64,000 nucleotides of DNA. Source: Synechococcus sp. GTDB lineage: Bacteria; Cyanobacteriota; Cyanobacteriia; Thermostichales; PCC-7336. The DNA is taken from positions 32,001 through 96,000 of the forward strand of contig JBFRWN010000124.1 of the NCBI GenBank assembly GCA_051439605.1, given 5' to 3'. Below, one piece after another: positions 20,270 to 31,025 of the stretch. The notes beneath the pieces were generated by a model. It did no database searches, was not told where the DNA came from, and saw nothing but the letters and a program-made list of their open reading frames with translations. The position numbers and the translations under genes are program-made. Numbering within the stretch: the first letter of the stretch is position 1; each line of letters starts with the position of its first letter.

Positions 20270-20717
20270 GCAAATTCGACTGGTGGAAAGATGCCTCTAT
20301 TAATAGGTGAAAAAACAGAGTTCTGTCAGTGTAGGTGGTTTGTCAGCGTCATCCTGGCTTCGAATGTTTGTGCCGCTTTAGTTCCGGTCCGATTGATGAG
20401 GCTATGGGGATCGTCATGTCATTGAGGATTGCCATCAATCACCCAGCACGGAGCTTGGATTTGGCGCCCCTAACTGAATGGGCACACATCACTTGAGCGA
20501 TCCTGCTCAAAGACAGCAGGGTCTGGACCATGAAATCCATGCGTTTACTTCAGGTCAGCGCGGTATTGTCCCTATTGACTCCTTATTGACATAGAGAATA
20601 TTGCCTAGATGTATGCACGCACCTATACAAATCCAGCCATTGAAAGGAAGTGGGGAACGCGATCCTCTTAACTTTTTTTTCCTCCGCCTCTCAGCTCGGA
20701 CGTGATTAGATGTCAAT

Positions 20718-21995
20718 ATGGAAACCTTCGAAAACCTCCTCGATAATATAGGTATCGGTGTTGTCTGTACCGATCGTGAGGGGCGTGTTCAATTCTGGAA
20801 TCAAACGATGGAGGAATGGACGGGGGTGGTCCCCAACGTGATTTTGGACCATTCTTTGGCGACTTGCTTTCCGCAACTTCAACCGATTGTCGTGCAGGAG
20901 ACTTTACAAAATCCATGCTCCACTGCAGCTTCGTTTAAGCCTCCTCCCCTGCAGGCCGGTCATCCCCACCCTTCCTCTCAAACAGTTGTCACAGAGTTTC
21001 AGGCAAACGTCCGCGATATTGTCCAGGACTTAGATTTCCCCCCCCATTCCGAACAACAGCATTCGGGCATTGAGGTAAACCCACCGAAGAGCGAACGGGT
21101 CACTTTGCAACCGTCATCAAAATTGGAGTCTTCAGAGTACTCTGAATCCACTGCTTTCAAACACTCTCAAGTTAACTCCCGCAATTGGTATCGCATCTGG
21201 ACATTCCAACCCCGTCAACAACAGCTGGAGCAGGCTCATGCAGATTTTGTTGCAGCTGTCAGTCACGAGTTGCGCACACCCTTAACCAGTATTAAAGGGT
21301 TTGTGGATACGCTTCTACAATGCCACGGTCAGCTTTCGTTAGAACAGGAACAAAGATTCCTCAAAATTGTCAAAAGCCAAGCGGATCGCCTAATTCATAT
21401 GGTAGAGGATGTGTTGTTGGTGTCTCATTTGCAATCGGGAAACCTGCACAGCTCTGTCCAACAGCTTGCATTATCCGAGTCCTTCCACCGCGTTCTCTCC
21501 GACTTTACCAGCGAGCAACAGGAGCGGGTAAAGCTCAGTTTGTTGCCGGGTTTACCCACTGTTTGGGCTGACCCCGATCGCCTAGACCAAATTTTGCGAA
21601 ATCTGCTCAATAATGCGCTGTCATTTTCCGATGACGATCAACCTGTTCTCGTGGAAGCAGCTCTGCATGCCAAGGATCCCAATCGCGTGAACATTACCAT
21701 TCAGGACTTTGGGTGTGGGATGGATGAAGAGCAGCTCAACCAGCTTTTCCAGCGATTTAACCAAGTGCAAAACCCCCTCACCCGTGGCGATCGCGCCGGA
21801 ACAGGATTGGGTTTGTACATCACCAAGTCGTTAGTGGAGTCTTTTGGAGGAAACATCAAAATTGAAAGTACAGTGAACCAAGGCACCACCTGCCACGTCG
21901 ATCTACCCAGTGCCCCCGACATTCGCTGGACTCCCCCCCAATCGTTTGCCAGCAATTCTGAACCTGTGCCCGAATGGGCTAATTTTTTACTTTGA
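20718..21995 (+). CDS. PAS-domain sensor histidine kinase
   Basis: N-terminal PAS, VSHELRTPLTSIKGF, QILRNLLNNA, DFGCG, GTGLGL. Confidence 0.92.
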   Translation: METFENLLDNIGIGVVCTDREGRVQFWNQTMEEWTGVVPNVILDHSLATCFPQLQPIVVQETLQNPCSTAASFKPPPLQAGHPHPSSQTVVTEFQANVRDIVQDLDFPPHSEQQHSGIEVNPPKSERVTLQPSSKLESSEYSESTAFKHSQVNSRNWYRIWTFQPRQQQLEQAHADFVAAVSHELRTPLTSIKGFVDTLLQCHGQLSLEQEQRFLKIVKSQADRLIHMVEDVLLVSHLQSGNLHSSVQQLALSESFHRVLSDFTSEQQERVKLSLLPGLPTVWADPDRLDQILRNLLNNALSFSDDDQPVLVEAALHAKDPNRVNITIQDFGCGMDEEQLNQLFQRFNQVQNPLTRGDRAGTGLGLYITKSLVESFGGNIKIESTVNQGTTCHVDLPSAPDIRWTPPQSFASNSEPVPEWANFLL

Positions 21996-22025
21996 AGCTT
22001 CGGGCTGGCAGAATCAAAAACCTCT

Positions 22026-23072
22026 ATGGGCTTAATTCCTAACACGTCTAACAGAAATTCCGAACTTGAGAGGGATACCTCCCTCGAGCTTGATGACTAC
22101 CTCAAGCAGGAATTTGTTCTGCGAAAAGACTGGGTGTTGCTCTACGTAGACCTGAGATATTTTCGTGCCTACAACCAGTTTTACGGGTTTGTGGCCGGAG
22201 AGCAGATGCTAAAAGCCTTGCAATTGTTGCTGCAGGAGGAGCTACCGGCTGACTGCCATTTATTTCGTGCAGGGGGAGACGAATATTTAGCGTTTTCCAC
22301 ACGGAGTAGGGCGGAACGCGATGCCGCGAACATTTGCGAACGTTGGAAAAGAATTCGCGGCCAGTTTTACCATCCTCGGGATGTGCAGCGGGGATTTTTG
22401 GTGGGCAACGGCCGTCGCGGGATTGGCTGTCGTTGCCCGTTGGTACAGGTGTGTGTGGGCCTCGTCTCTGGAGATCGCTATTTAGATCCCAGGCACCATA
22501 TTGGCGATATTTGTTCCGCTGCTGTGGCCACAAATGCATTAGCCCGCTGCCAGCGGCAAAGTACCTTCGTTACTGAAGATCTATTACAACAAGCCTTGCT
22601 TAGCAAGCACGAGTCTAGTCCAGCTCAGCAAACAGCTCTGGAAATGTGGCTGCATGCCAGGGCCCCTAAGGGCAGAGTATTGGGGGTGATCCCCGACGCA
22701 CCTCTTGCCTACCTACTGCAGGTGAGGTTGGAACTAGAGGGATATCCCATTCGACTCACCACAACAGCAAAGGAGGCCGAACAGTTGATATCAGATTGGC
22801 AGCCGGAGGTGATTGTGGTGGACCCCGACCCAGTGTTGAGCACCTGTCGTTTTTTGCGGTCTCTGTTAAGCGATCCCGATCGGCTATTGGTGGCCTTAGC
22901 TAGCGATAGCGATCGGATTGCAATCTTAGAGGCAGGTGTCGACCTCTACGTTCCCAAGCCATTTGATTTTAACGATTTATTGTATTGGCTCGAGCGTCTG
23001 CGCCAATCCCATCTCAAAGCTGTGGATGCCACCCCATATGCTGCCCGCCCGTATGCCTCACTTCAGGCATAA
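22026..23072 (+). CDS. GGDEF-like domain with C-terminal receiver domain
   Basis: YVDLRYFRAYNQFYGF, GGDEY; C-terminal IVVD...AGVDLYVPKPF. Confidence 0.75.
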   Translation: MGLIPNTSNRNSELERDTSLELDDYLKQEFVLRKDWVLLYVDLRYFRAYNQFYGFVAGEQMLKALQLLLQEELPADCHLFRAGGDEYLAFSTRSRAERDAANICERWKRIRGQFYHPRDVQRGFLVGNGRRGIGCRCPLVQVCVGLVSGDRYLDPRHHIGDICSAAVATNALARCQRQSTFVTEDLLQQALLSKHESSPAQQTALEMWLHARAPKGRVLGVIPDAPLAYLLQVRLELEGYPIRLTTTAKEAEQLISDWQPEVIVVDPDPVLSTCRFLRSLLSDPDRLLVALASDSDRIAILEAGVDLYVPKPFDFNDLLYWLERLRQSHLKAVDATPYAARPYASLQA

Positions 23073-23772
23073 CGATGCGTTGGTTATTACGGGCATGGGG
23101 ACAGCTTTTTCAGAAAGATGCTATTTCCCTGAGTTTGAATTTTCATAGAGCTTGGATCGTCAACCAGCATCAATTGATTATCGGGATGCGGCTGAGAGGA
23201 AGTTAGCACTCTGTGTTCCTTGTGCGGACAACATCACGTGTCGATCGAGGCAATCAAAACAAGGCGAGAGTTACTCTGAACAGCCTAACTTGCGCTAGGG
23301 TTGGTCTTCTGTCTGCGAATACGGTTTGAGTTACCGATAGGAATCGTGCATTGCACGAGCGAGCGCGCCAGGCACCATGGATTGGCTTTGCGAGTAAACG
23401 GTATTGCCGTGGTCTGCAGTCGCTAACCATTGAGTGCTTGTGGCAACAGCAGCCAAAACAAAGGAAACAAGGACAACTTTGATAGACACAGACATGGATG
23501 GGACCCACTTGGTTCAGTATTTGCTTCTGTGTTGACTATAGAAATTCTCCAATGCCCGTTCAGCGGGACTGAAGTCACATTCAGCCTCTGCGACGGCGCA
23601 CAGTTGACTCATCCATCTGCGCAACTGAAATGGATGCTGTCAAGTAATCCAGTTGCGCAGATGTGCAACGCGACAGCTATGGAGCCCAATTCACCTCAGA
23701 GTTGTCAGTGACAGGCGTCACATCCATCCCCTAAGTCGCTGGATAGGGTTGATGTACGGAAACTTGTGGTTG

Positions 23773-23799
23773 GGTCGCCCTTCGGGGCGACCTTTTTTT
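23773..23799 (+). terminator. Strong intrinsic terminator
   Basis: GGTCGCCC-TTCG-GGGCGACC followed by 7 T. Confidence 0.88.
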
Positions 23800-23906
23800 A
23801 CCATCTTCAATGAATCGATTGCTGCCTTCAACTCGCCAAGAACATCTCAGCGACATAGAACCCTTGCTGTGCATAGAGGTTGCTGTTCTAACTGATATGA
23901 CAGCAG

Positions 23907-24821
23907 CTACATACGTTCCTTAAACAATCCGTTGGTGACCAAGTTATTACGTTGGCTGTAGCTCAGGACCGTGTTGACCAAGAGCATGGTGACGGTCATC
24001 GGCCCTACGCCTCCAGGGACTGGTGTAATAGCACCTGCGATCGCCTTAGCACTTTCAAAATCGATATCCCCCACCAAACGTCCTTTGCCCTCCGGGGTAG
24101 GGATGCGGTTAATTCCCACATCGATCGCCACTGCCCCTGGTTTAAGCATCGAGGCATCCACTAATCCAGGACATCCAACTGCCACCACTAAAATATCTGC
24201 ACTGCGGGCGACAGCCGCTAGATCCGGGGTGCGGGAGTGAGCCATTGTGACAGTAGCATTTTGCTCCAGCAACATTAAGCTAACAGGTTTGCCCACCAGT
24301 AAACTGCGACCAATGACGACGGCATGTTTTCCAGCGACTTCAATGTTGCCATCCCGCAAAATCTCCATCACCCCTGCAGGTGTACAGCTGCGCAGCCCCG
24401 GTTCCCCACGCATTAGCCGCCCCATGTTGGTGGGGTGCAGACCGTCGGCATCTTTCTCAGGGTCAATGGCCAGGAGTAACTCGCGATCGTCCAGCCCCTC
24501 AGGAAGAGGAAGTTGCACCAAAATCCCATCGACGCGATTGTCCTCATTCATGGAAAGGATAGTGTCTCGCAGTTCCGATTGGGACACCGAAGCTGGAAAG
24601 TGCTTGCCAAACGACGCAATTCCCACCCGCTCGCACGATCGCTCTTTATTGCGCACGTATGCGGCACTGGCAGGATTATCGCCCGCCATCAACACTGCTA
24701 AACCGGGGGGGCGACCCACCTGCTCTACAAACTCAGCCACCTTTTCTTTTAACTTGGCCTGGATTCTTTGAGCTAAAGCTTTGCCGTCTAGGATGGTGGC
24801 GAGATGTTCGCTGGTTGCCAT
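23907..24821 (-). CDS. folD: Methylenetetrahydrofolate dehydrogenase/cyclohydrolase
   Basis: [26 protein letters not shown], GRSx[21 protein letters not shown]. Confidence 0.98.
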   Translation of the reverse strand: MATSEHLATILDGKALAQRIQAKLKEKVAEFVEQVGRPPGLAVLMAGDNPASAAYVRNKERSCERVGIASFGKHFPASVSQSELRDTILSMNEDNRVDGILVQLPLPEGLDDRELLLAIDPEKDADGLHPTNMGRLMRGEPGLRSCTPAGVMEILRDGNIEVAGKHAVVIGRSLLVGKPVSLMLLEQNATVTMAHSRTPDLAAVARSADILVVAVGCPGLVDASMLKPGAVAIDVGINRIPTPEGKGRLVGDIDFESAKAIAGAITPVPGGVGPMTVTMLLVNTVLSYSQRNNLVTNGLFKERM

Positions 24822-24850
24822 GGTTGGAGGCCTCTAGATGTCTGATTCCC

Positions 24851-25447
24851 CTATAGCAGCGGTAAATTGGCAGCTATCAATTGCGACTTTAACCGCTGGA
24901 GGGCCTTGCCGCGATGCCCGATCGCCCGCTTGCGATCGGTGGGCATTTCCGCAAAAGTCATGTTAGCTTCAGGGACGAAAAACACCGGATCGTATCCAAA
25001 GCCGCCCGTCCCTTGCCGATGAGTGAGAATCTCCCCGCGACAGCGAGCGCTGGCTTGGGCTGCGATGGATCCATCCGGTCGGCAAAGCACAATTTCGCAG
25101 ACAAATTCCGCCCCCCGCTCTTCCTTTCCAGACAGCTCGGATAAGAGGCGGTCGATGCATTCGCTGGGGGTGGGGGCATAGCGAGCAGAATAGACCCCGG
25201 GTGCCCCATTTAAAGCATCAACTGACAAACCAGAATCATCTGCTAGGGCCCATTGTCCCGTGGCGATCGCCACTCCCCTCGCCTTGAGGATCGCGTTTTC
25301 TGCAAATGTCGTCCCAGTTTCCTCGATCTCTACATCAGATGGTTTCAGCAGTAGCTCCCAAGGATGGTCTCCCAGTTGCTCAAAAAACTGTTGGAATTCT
25401 TTAAGTTTGCCTGGGTTCCCGGTGGCAACAATGAGCGGTACGGTCAA
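24851..25447 (-). CDS. rdgB: dITP/XTP pyrophosphatase (HAM1 family)
   Basis: ATGNPGK, ENAxxKA, ADDSGL, PGVYSARY, GFGYDPVF, HRGKAL. Confidence 0.96.
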   Translation of the reverse strand: MTVPLIVATGNPGKLKEFQQFFEQLGDHPWELLLKPSDVEIEETGTTFAENAILKARGVAIATGQWALADDSGLSVDALNGAPGVYSARYAPTPSECIDRLLSELSGKEERGAEFVCEIVLCRPDGSIAAQASARCRGEILTHRQGTGGFGYDPVFFVPEANMTFAEMPTDRKRAIGHRGKALQRLKSQLIAANLPLL

Positions 25448-25483
25448 CGGAATGAGTCCTTGTCGCGAGTATTGATCGAGAAT

Positions 25484-26071
25484 TTAACCAGCGGCGATCG
25501 CTGCTGGCGACCAGTTAGAGACGATGGATTGGCTAATTTCGTTAGCTTTTGCGGGATTAACGAGCTCAGCGACCAGCTGTAGGGCGAATTCTACAGCGGT
25601 ACCTGCCCCACGGCTGGTGACGATATGGCCGTCCACAACAACGCGGTTGGTGCTGTATTTGCCCACCTCTAGACGATCGCGGACGCTGGGAAAACTGGTA
25701 GCGGTACGGTGCTTGAGTAAGCCTGCCTGCGATAGCACTAAGGGGGCTGCACAAATAGCAGCGGTACATTTGCGTGCTTTATCGAACTGCAAAACTAATT
25801 GCCCCAAAGTGACGCACTCTAACAGTGCTTTAACCCCTGGTCCTCCAGGAATGACAAGTGCGTCAAACTGATTGACAAGGGTTTCACTCCAGATCTCGTT
25901 CAACGTAGTGTCCGGCTGGAGGGGAATAGAATGGCTACCGGTAACCAGTTGGTTGGGTTGGCTGACTCCGGCAACCGTGACTTCGATGTCTGCCCGTCGC
26001 AAAATATCAATCATCGAAACCGCTTCGATTTCCTCAAAGCCGTCCACCAACGGTACCAATACTCGAACCAC
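25484..26071 (-). CDS. DJ-1/YajL/PfpI family protein
   Basis: GFEEIEA, PGG, AICAAP, TSRGAGTA; probable GTG start 26071. Confidence 0.92.
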   Translation of the reverse strand: MVRVLVPLVDGFEEIEAVSMIDILRRADIEVTVAGVSQPNQLVTGSHSIPLQPDTTLNEIWSETLVNQFDALVIPGGPGVKALLECVTLGQLVLQFDKARKCTAAICAAPLVLSQAGLLKHRTATSFPSVRDRLEVGKYSTNRVVVDGHIVTSRGAGTAVEFALQLVAELVNPAKANEISQSIVSNWSPAAIAAG

Positions 26072-26366
26072 TATTTCGGCCTCTCTACTTCCCAACAAAG
26101 CGGCGCTTCACAGACAGCAACCTTCATTCCTCTGAGGGCATTTCATCAGCCGTAGCCCTTTGTGGCAGGAAATTTACGAAACCAATCAAAGTGCCCCCCT
26201 CTATAACTGTTAGCACAAACCTACTGTCTAGAACCCACTGCAAAAGGTCTCTCTAAAGTTTCACCAATAGACAACGACGAATTCTTTTACATTCGATTCT
26301 CCTCAAACAGCCATCTGGATATTCCCACTTGGTATGTTTTGAGTTCCACAAGTGAAGCCACTGCAA

Positions 26367-27434
26367 CTAGCTTGCTGTCGCGAGAGGAACGAACCGCTGC
26401 CAGCTGAAATGACTGAGTAATGCATCTTCTTGCCCCCTCAATATGAGATCTGCCATGATGCGGGCGGTGGCTGGCACCAACAAAATACCGTTGCGGTGGT
26501 GACCCGTAGCCAGGTAGAGATTTGCTTGCGGGCCACGACCCAGTACGGGTAACAGATCGGGGGTGGTGGGCCTGTATCCCCACCAGGTTTCCAGTAGGGT
26601 CAAGTGCTGGATTTTGGGATAAATAGCGATCGCCCGCTCTAACAAGCCATGGATGGCTCCGCCAGTATTGCCCTCCTCAAATCCCACATCTTCCTCTGTT
26701 GCACCAATCACAATGCGACCGTCCTGACGAGGCACGATATAAATCCCCCGCCCAAACAGGACATGCTGCAACTGACAGTCGGGATCGAACACCGACATCA
26801 TCTGCCCCTTTAGGGGACGTACGGGAAGGGGTAGCAACTGACCGGAGTAAGCTCCTGTGGCTAGGACAAAATTGTTGGCCTCTAAGCGGCCGCGAGAGGT
26901 GTGTACGGCCCGAACGTGCGTCCCCTCCACATCCCAATTCTGCACTTCAGTTTTACTGATAACGACTACTCCAGCTTCCGTTAGGGCTGCCCGGAGAGAT
27001 GTCACCAATTGGCGGTTGTCTACTTGCCCTTCCTGAGGTAGCCAAGCTGCTCCAACGACGCTCTCCCCCAAACCGGCTTGCAGTTCCTTTAGCTCGCTTG
27101 CCGATAAATAGCGATCGCCCGTTAACTCTTCCCCCTGCAAGCAGGGTCGCAAAATACCGCAGAGCCAGTACCCCGTGGGAGTTCCAGACAGGGTTTCTAA
27201 ATTGGCAGACCATTCAGGGTATGAGGCCAAGCTGCGCAGGCAAAACTTCAACAACGGTCCATCTTCTAATTCTTCAGCCCGAGGCGCCAGCATTCCTGCC
27301 GCCGCCCAACTAGCTTGCTTGCCCACCTCGCTGCGCTCAACCAGTGCCACCTTGTAACCACCCAGTGACAGCTCGTAGGCGATCGCCATTCCGATCGCCC
27401 CACCTCCAACGACGATTGCATCCCACTTCGGCAC
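26367..27434 (-). CDS. thiO: Glycine oxidase
   Basis: GGGAIG, ASWAAAGMLAP, GQVDN, PLKGQM, YIVPR, GHHRNGILL. Confidence 0.93.
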   Translation of the reverse strand: MPKWDAIVVGGGAIGMAIAYELSLGGYKVALVERSEVGKQASWAAAGMLAPRAEELEDGPLLKFCLRSLASYPEWSANLETLSGTPTGYWLCGILRPCLQGEELTGDRYLSASELKELQAGLGESVVGAAWLPQEGQVDNRQLVTSLRAALTEAGVVVISKTEVQNWDVEGTHVRAVHTSRGRLEANNFVLATGAYSGQLLPLPVRPLKGQMMSVFDPDCQLQHVLFGRGIYIVPRQDGRIVIGATEEDVGFEEGNTGGAIHGLLERAIAIYPKIQHLTLLETWWGYRPTTPDLLPVLGRGPQANLYLATGHHRNGILLVPATARIMADLILRGQEDALLSHFSWQRFVPLATAS

Positions 27435-27692
27435 GGTTTTTCCTGCTTTACGATGGCTTCGAAGGCCAGTCTAGAGGGGTTCCAGCTTTTCCTCAAGAAA
27501 TGGCCATTGGTTGACTCGCTCGATGTGCCTGTCAGTTGCGTCCAGTTTCTCATCCAATGTCACCCTCCATTGACTCTGACCACGAGGTGTAGGTTCAGCC
27601 TCTTGCCCAGCAGTACGCTAGACTATGTCCTTGTTTGGGCCTGCTCGTGTAAGTCCATTCGTTGCTATTTGTACCTATAAGGTTGGCTGTCA

Positions 27693-29144
27693 ATGTCTGC
27701 GATTCGCGCCCTTCAATCACAGTTACAGCAAGGAGACCGCACTGCCACAGATATCGCGCTGGAATACTTGAATCGAGCCAAGCAACTGGAACCTCAACTG
27801 AAAAGCTTCATCGCCCTGACGGAAGAGAAAGCATTAGAACAGGCTGCAGCAGTAGATGCACGATTGAAGGCCGGTGAAACGTTAGGTCCCTTAGCCGGAA
27901 TTCCCATCGCGATTAAAGACAACATGTGCACCAAGGGGATTGAAACCACCTGTGCTTCCAAAATTTTGCAAGGATTTGTTCCCCCCTACGAGTCCACAGT
28001 GACGCATAAATTGGCTGAAGCTGGCGCCATCATGGTGGGTAAAACAAACCTTGATGAGTTTGCTATGGGCAGTTCTACAGAGAACTCGGCTATTCAGTTG
28101 ACGGCAAACCCTTGGGATTTAGATCGAGTTCCAGGGGGATCTTCGGGGGGGTCTGCAGCAGCGGTGTCTGCCGATCAGGCAGTTATTTCTATTGGTTCGG
28201 ACACAGGGGGGTCAATTCGTCAGCCAGCTGCATTTTGCGGGGTGGTGGGAATGAAGCCTACCTACGGACTGGTTTCCCGCTATGGGTTAGTCGCCTTTGC
28301 CTCTTCTCTCGATCAGGTGGGTCCTTTCGCTCGTTCTGTGGAAGATGCTGCACTATTGCTACAGGCGATCGCCGGTCACGATCCGATGGATGCCACTAGC
28401 CTAGATGTCGAGATTCCAGATTATTCCTCATCGTTGACTCCCGACATCAAAGGCATGCGCATCGGTGTCATCGAAGAATTGATGGGGGAAGGGTGCGAAC
28501 CTGACGTACGGGAGTTGGTGCAGCAGGCGATCGATCGCTATCGCGAGTTAGGGGCTGAAATTGTCACAGTAGAATGCCCGACGTTCAAGTACGGTCTAGC
28601 CACTTATTACATCATTGCCCCGTCCGAGGCTTCCGCTAACTTGGCTCGTTACGACGGGGTTAAGTACGGTATGCGAGAGGAGGCTGATTCCCTTATCGGT
28701 ATGTATGCCAAAACTCGGGACAAAGGTTTTGGCCCCGAAGTAAAGCGTCGCATCATGATTGGTACGTATGCCCTTTCCGCTGGCTATTACGATGCCTACT
28801 ACCTGAAAGCGCAAAAAGTCCGTACTTTGATCGCGCGTGATTTTGAGAAGGCGTTCGGTCAAGCTGACGTGTTGTTAAGTCCTACATCCCCTAGCGTTGC
28901 ATTTAAGGCAGGCGATAAAACGGACGATCCCCTCAGCATGTACTTGTCTGACTTGATGACTATTCCTGTTAATTTGGCTGGTTTACCGGGGTTGAGCTTG
29001 CCCTGTGGCTTTTCTCAAGGATTGCCGGTGGGGCTGCAGCTGATCGGTAAGGCTTTGGGAGAGTCTCAATTATTTCAGGCTGCTTATGCCTACGAGCAGG
29101 CAACCACCTGGCACCAACAGAAACCACAAATCGCCACGGCATAG
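27693..29144 (+). CDS. gatA: Asp/Glu-tRNA amidotransferase subunit A
   Basis: [48 protein letters not shown]. Confidence 0.98.
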   Translation: MSAIRALQSQLQQGDRTATDIALEYLNRAKQLEPQLKSFIALTEEKALEQAAAVDARLKAGETLGPLAGIPIAIKDNMCTKGIETTCASKILQGFVPPYESTVTHKLAEAGAIMVGKTNLDEFAMGSSTENSAIQLTANPWDLDRVPGGSSGGSAAAVSADQAVISIGSDTGGSIRQPAAFCGVVGMKPTYGLVSRYGLVAFASSLDQVGPFARSVEDAALLLQAIAGHDPMDATSLDVEIPDYSSSLTPDIKGMRIGVIEELMGEGCEPDVRELVQQAIDRYRELGAEIVTVECPTFKYGLATYYIIAPSEASANLARYDGVKYGMREEADSLIGMYAKTRDKGFGPEVKRRIMIGTYALSAGYYDAYYLKAQKVRTLIARDFEKAFGQADVLLSPTSPSVAFKAGDKTDDPLSMYLSDLMTIPVNLAGLPGLSLPCGFSQGLPVGLQLIGKALGESQLFQAAYAYEQATTWHQQKPQIATA

Positions 29145-29201
29145 GCCGCTACTTTTCTAGCATAGGCCGCTACTTTTCTAGCGTAGGCCGCTACTTTTCT
29201 A
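29139..29201. repeat. 21-bp tandem repeat x3 (GCRTAGGCCGCTACTTTTCTA)
   Basis: Units at 29139, 29160, 29181; one mismatch in the third. Confidence 0.95.
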
Positions 29202-29885
29202 AGCGGTTTGAGGACGACTATTGTTACCTGCCAGTTGTTGAAGAGAATATTTGGCTGTGCTAGCGACTGTGTCTTGAGGATCCCTGGATAAATACTCCAA
29301 CGCAGAGCGACTTTTCTCTGCTGGTAAATTCCCCAGCGCTTGTGCCAGCCTTTGACGGATCAGCCAGTCATCCGATCGCACAAACTCCAAGAGGCGATTG
29401 ACCGCTCTTGCATCACCGATTTCCCCAAGGGCTGCGATCGCCCCCTGCTGAATCAGTCCATCGGGTTCGTCTAACGCATTCATCAGCAGCCCGAAAGCCC
29501 GCGGATCTTTTAAATTTCCTAAAGCAACGGCTGCACTGAACCGAACGAGCCATTCCACATCTTCGTAGAACGCCCTTACCAGGGCTTCGTAGGCTCTTGG
29601 ATCTTCTAGATAGCCTAAAGCTCCCGCAGCATCAGCTCTGATGCCGTAATCTTCGTCGGATTCCAAGATATTTAGCAAGACGGGTAAGCAGGCATCCGTG
29701 CGTTTGACTCCTAAAGCGAACACTGCAAAAGCGCGTACCTGTTGGTGGGTATCCCCTACAACTTTTAAGATCAGCGGCACAGCTTGCTCGTCTGGTACCT
29801 GCCTCAACTGTGTCAGTGCTAACATCCGATCGGCTGGGCGATCGCTGTCCAGTTTTTCCTCCAGTGCCATCAGATCGATTGTCAT
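29199..29885 (-). CDS. HEAT-repeat (PBS lyase/NblB-like) protein
   Basis: Repeats VRAFAVFALG, IRADAAGALGYL, WLVRFSAAVALG, WLIRQRLAQALG. Confidence 0.88.
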   Translation of the reverse strand: MTIDLMALEEKLDSDRPADRMLALTQLRQVPDEQAVPLILKVVGDTHQQVRAFAVFALGVKRTDACLPVLLNILESDEDYGIRADAAGALGYLEDPRAYEALVRAFYEDVEWLVRFSAAVALGNLKDPRAFGLLMNALDEPDGLIQQGAIAALGEIGDARAVNRLLEFVRSDDWLIRQRLAQALGNLPAEKSRSALEYLSRDPQDTVASTAKYSLQQLAGNNSRPQTA

Positions 29886-29913
29886 TCAACATCCTCGACC
29901 GCTCTCTTCATGA

Positions 29914-30007
29914 TAAAGCGACCGTCAAGTGACTTTGACATCTCAGCTGTGCAACCCCCTTATCAGGCAACGATCTTGCTGTCTCAACAGAGATAGCTAA
30001 AGCCATA
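29914..30007. mobile_element. MITE-like element, copy C (highly degenerate)
   Basis: Starts agcgaccgtcaagt, identical to copy A; similar right end (tgtc..aac...aaag.cata) at ~94 bp. Confidence 0.45.
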
Positions 30008-30111
30008 CTTCAACCAAACAATCAGAACTAAGGCTGTCATTAGACTGAGAGAGATCTGGCAACAAACAACCCCACAAACACAGTCGATTGTCAGTGCTAT
30101 ACGGTTCATCC

Positions 30112-30558
30112 TCAAACTACAAACTCTGGTGCCTCTGATTGGGCGGCTGCGCGGCTACGGGCATCAAAATACAGATCCTCCAGATTAATGTCCTCTAAAA
30201 CTTGCTGAAGCCGTTGCGAAATTCTGAACCAGACCGATTGCGTCACCCAGTCTTCAACCCGTCCCCCCCCTTTGCTGGGCACCTCATCAATGGCTTGGAT
30301 GGTTTCTCCAACAGCCGCCAATATCTCGGCTAAAGAAATCTCTCTGGCCGGACGTGCCAGCCGATACCCCCCATGTGCTCCACGTTGAGATCTGACCAGC
30401 CCCGCTTGTCTGAGCTCCCCCAAAAGTTTCTCTAAATATGGTGCAGGGATGCCCTGACGCTCGGCGATGGCTCTGACAGACATCGATTGCCCCTCATCTG
30501 ACAATGCCAAGTCGAGCAGTGCTTGAACGCTGTATTTCCCTCGGGTAGTCCATTTCAC
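30112..30558 (-). CDS. Rrf2-family transcription regulator lacking Fe-S cysteines (Slr0846-like)
   Basis: TTRGxYSVxALLDL, IPAPYLEKL, LVRSQRGAHGGY; no Cys. Confidence 0.9.
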   Translation of the reverse strand: MKWTTRGKYSVQALLDLALSDEGQSMSVRAIAERQGIPAPYLEKLLGELRQAGLVRSQRGAHGGYRLARPAREISLAEILAAVGETIQAIDEVPSKGGGRVEDWVTQSVWFRISQRLQQVLEDINLEDLYFDARSRAAAQSEAPEFVV

Positions 30559-30675
30559 AGGCTAAATTAGGGATGCTTCAGTCTCTAGCATGCCTAATTT
30601 GTCCGTGATGTTGTTAGGGTAATTTGGCTGAAGAATAAGAATTTACTGCATTTCTAGAGAAAATTAATTTTTTTC

Positions 30676-30704
30676 TGGACAAAGCGTTCAAAACCTCCTA
30701 CATT
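30676..30704 (+). promoter_or_regulatory. Putative sigma70 promoter of the ribosomal protein operon
   Basis: TGGACA-17 nt-TACATT preceded by an AT-rich UP-like tract. Confidence 0.65.
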
Positions 30705-31025
30705 AGTAAGCCGGCGCTGAAAATGGTGCCCTTCTGAGATGCCGTAGAGGATACTGCAGTTTTGCCAATCGGCGCTGTCAAGTCCCGGCACTCACATGAG
30801 TTCTAGAGATCCCTATCCAGCACCAGCTGTCTGAGTTCGCTAGTTCCCAACTGTGCCTTGCGCATGGCCGCCGAACGTCATTACGTCGGCATGCTCTGCG
30901 GGATTGATTCGTGTGGAAATCGAATTTGTGCTTTTTTTTGCTTGCACAGTCTGTTTAGCTGGAAAGCTTTCGGAAGAATCTCGAACTCGAGCGAGCGTTA
31001 ACCAGTTGTCCAGTGGAGGCCCAAA

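Noticed and set aside
23715..23775. glnA glutamine riboswitch or Yfr2/PsrR1 identity
   Set aside because: Only short ACGGAA/GGAAAC matches; other conserved elements not found
29139..29201. Possible mini-CRISPR array
   Set aside because: Units are directly adjacent with no spacers, and no cas genes are present
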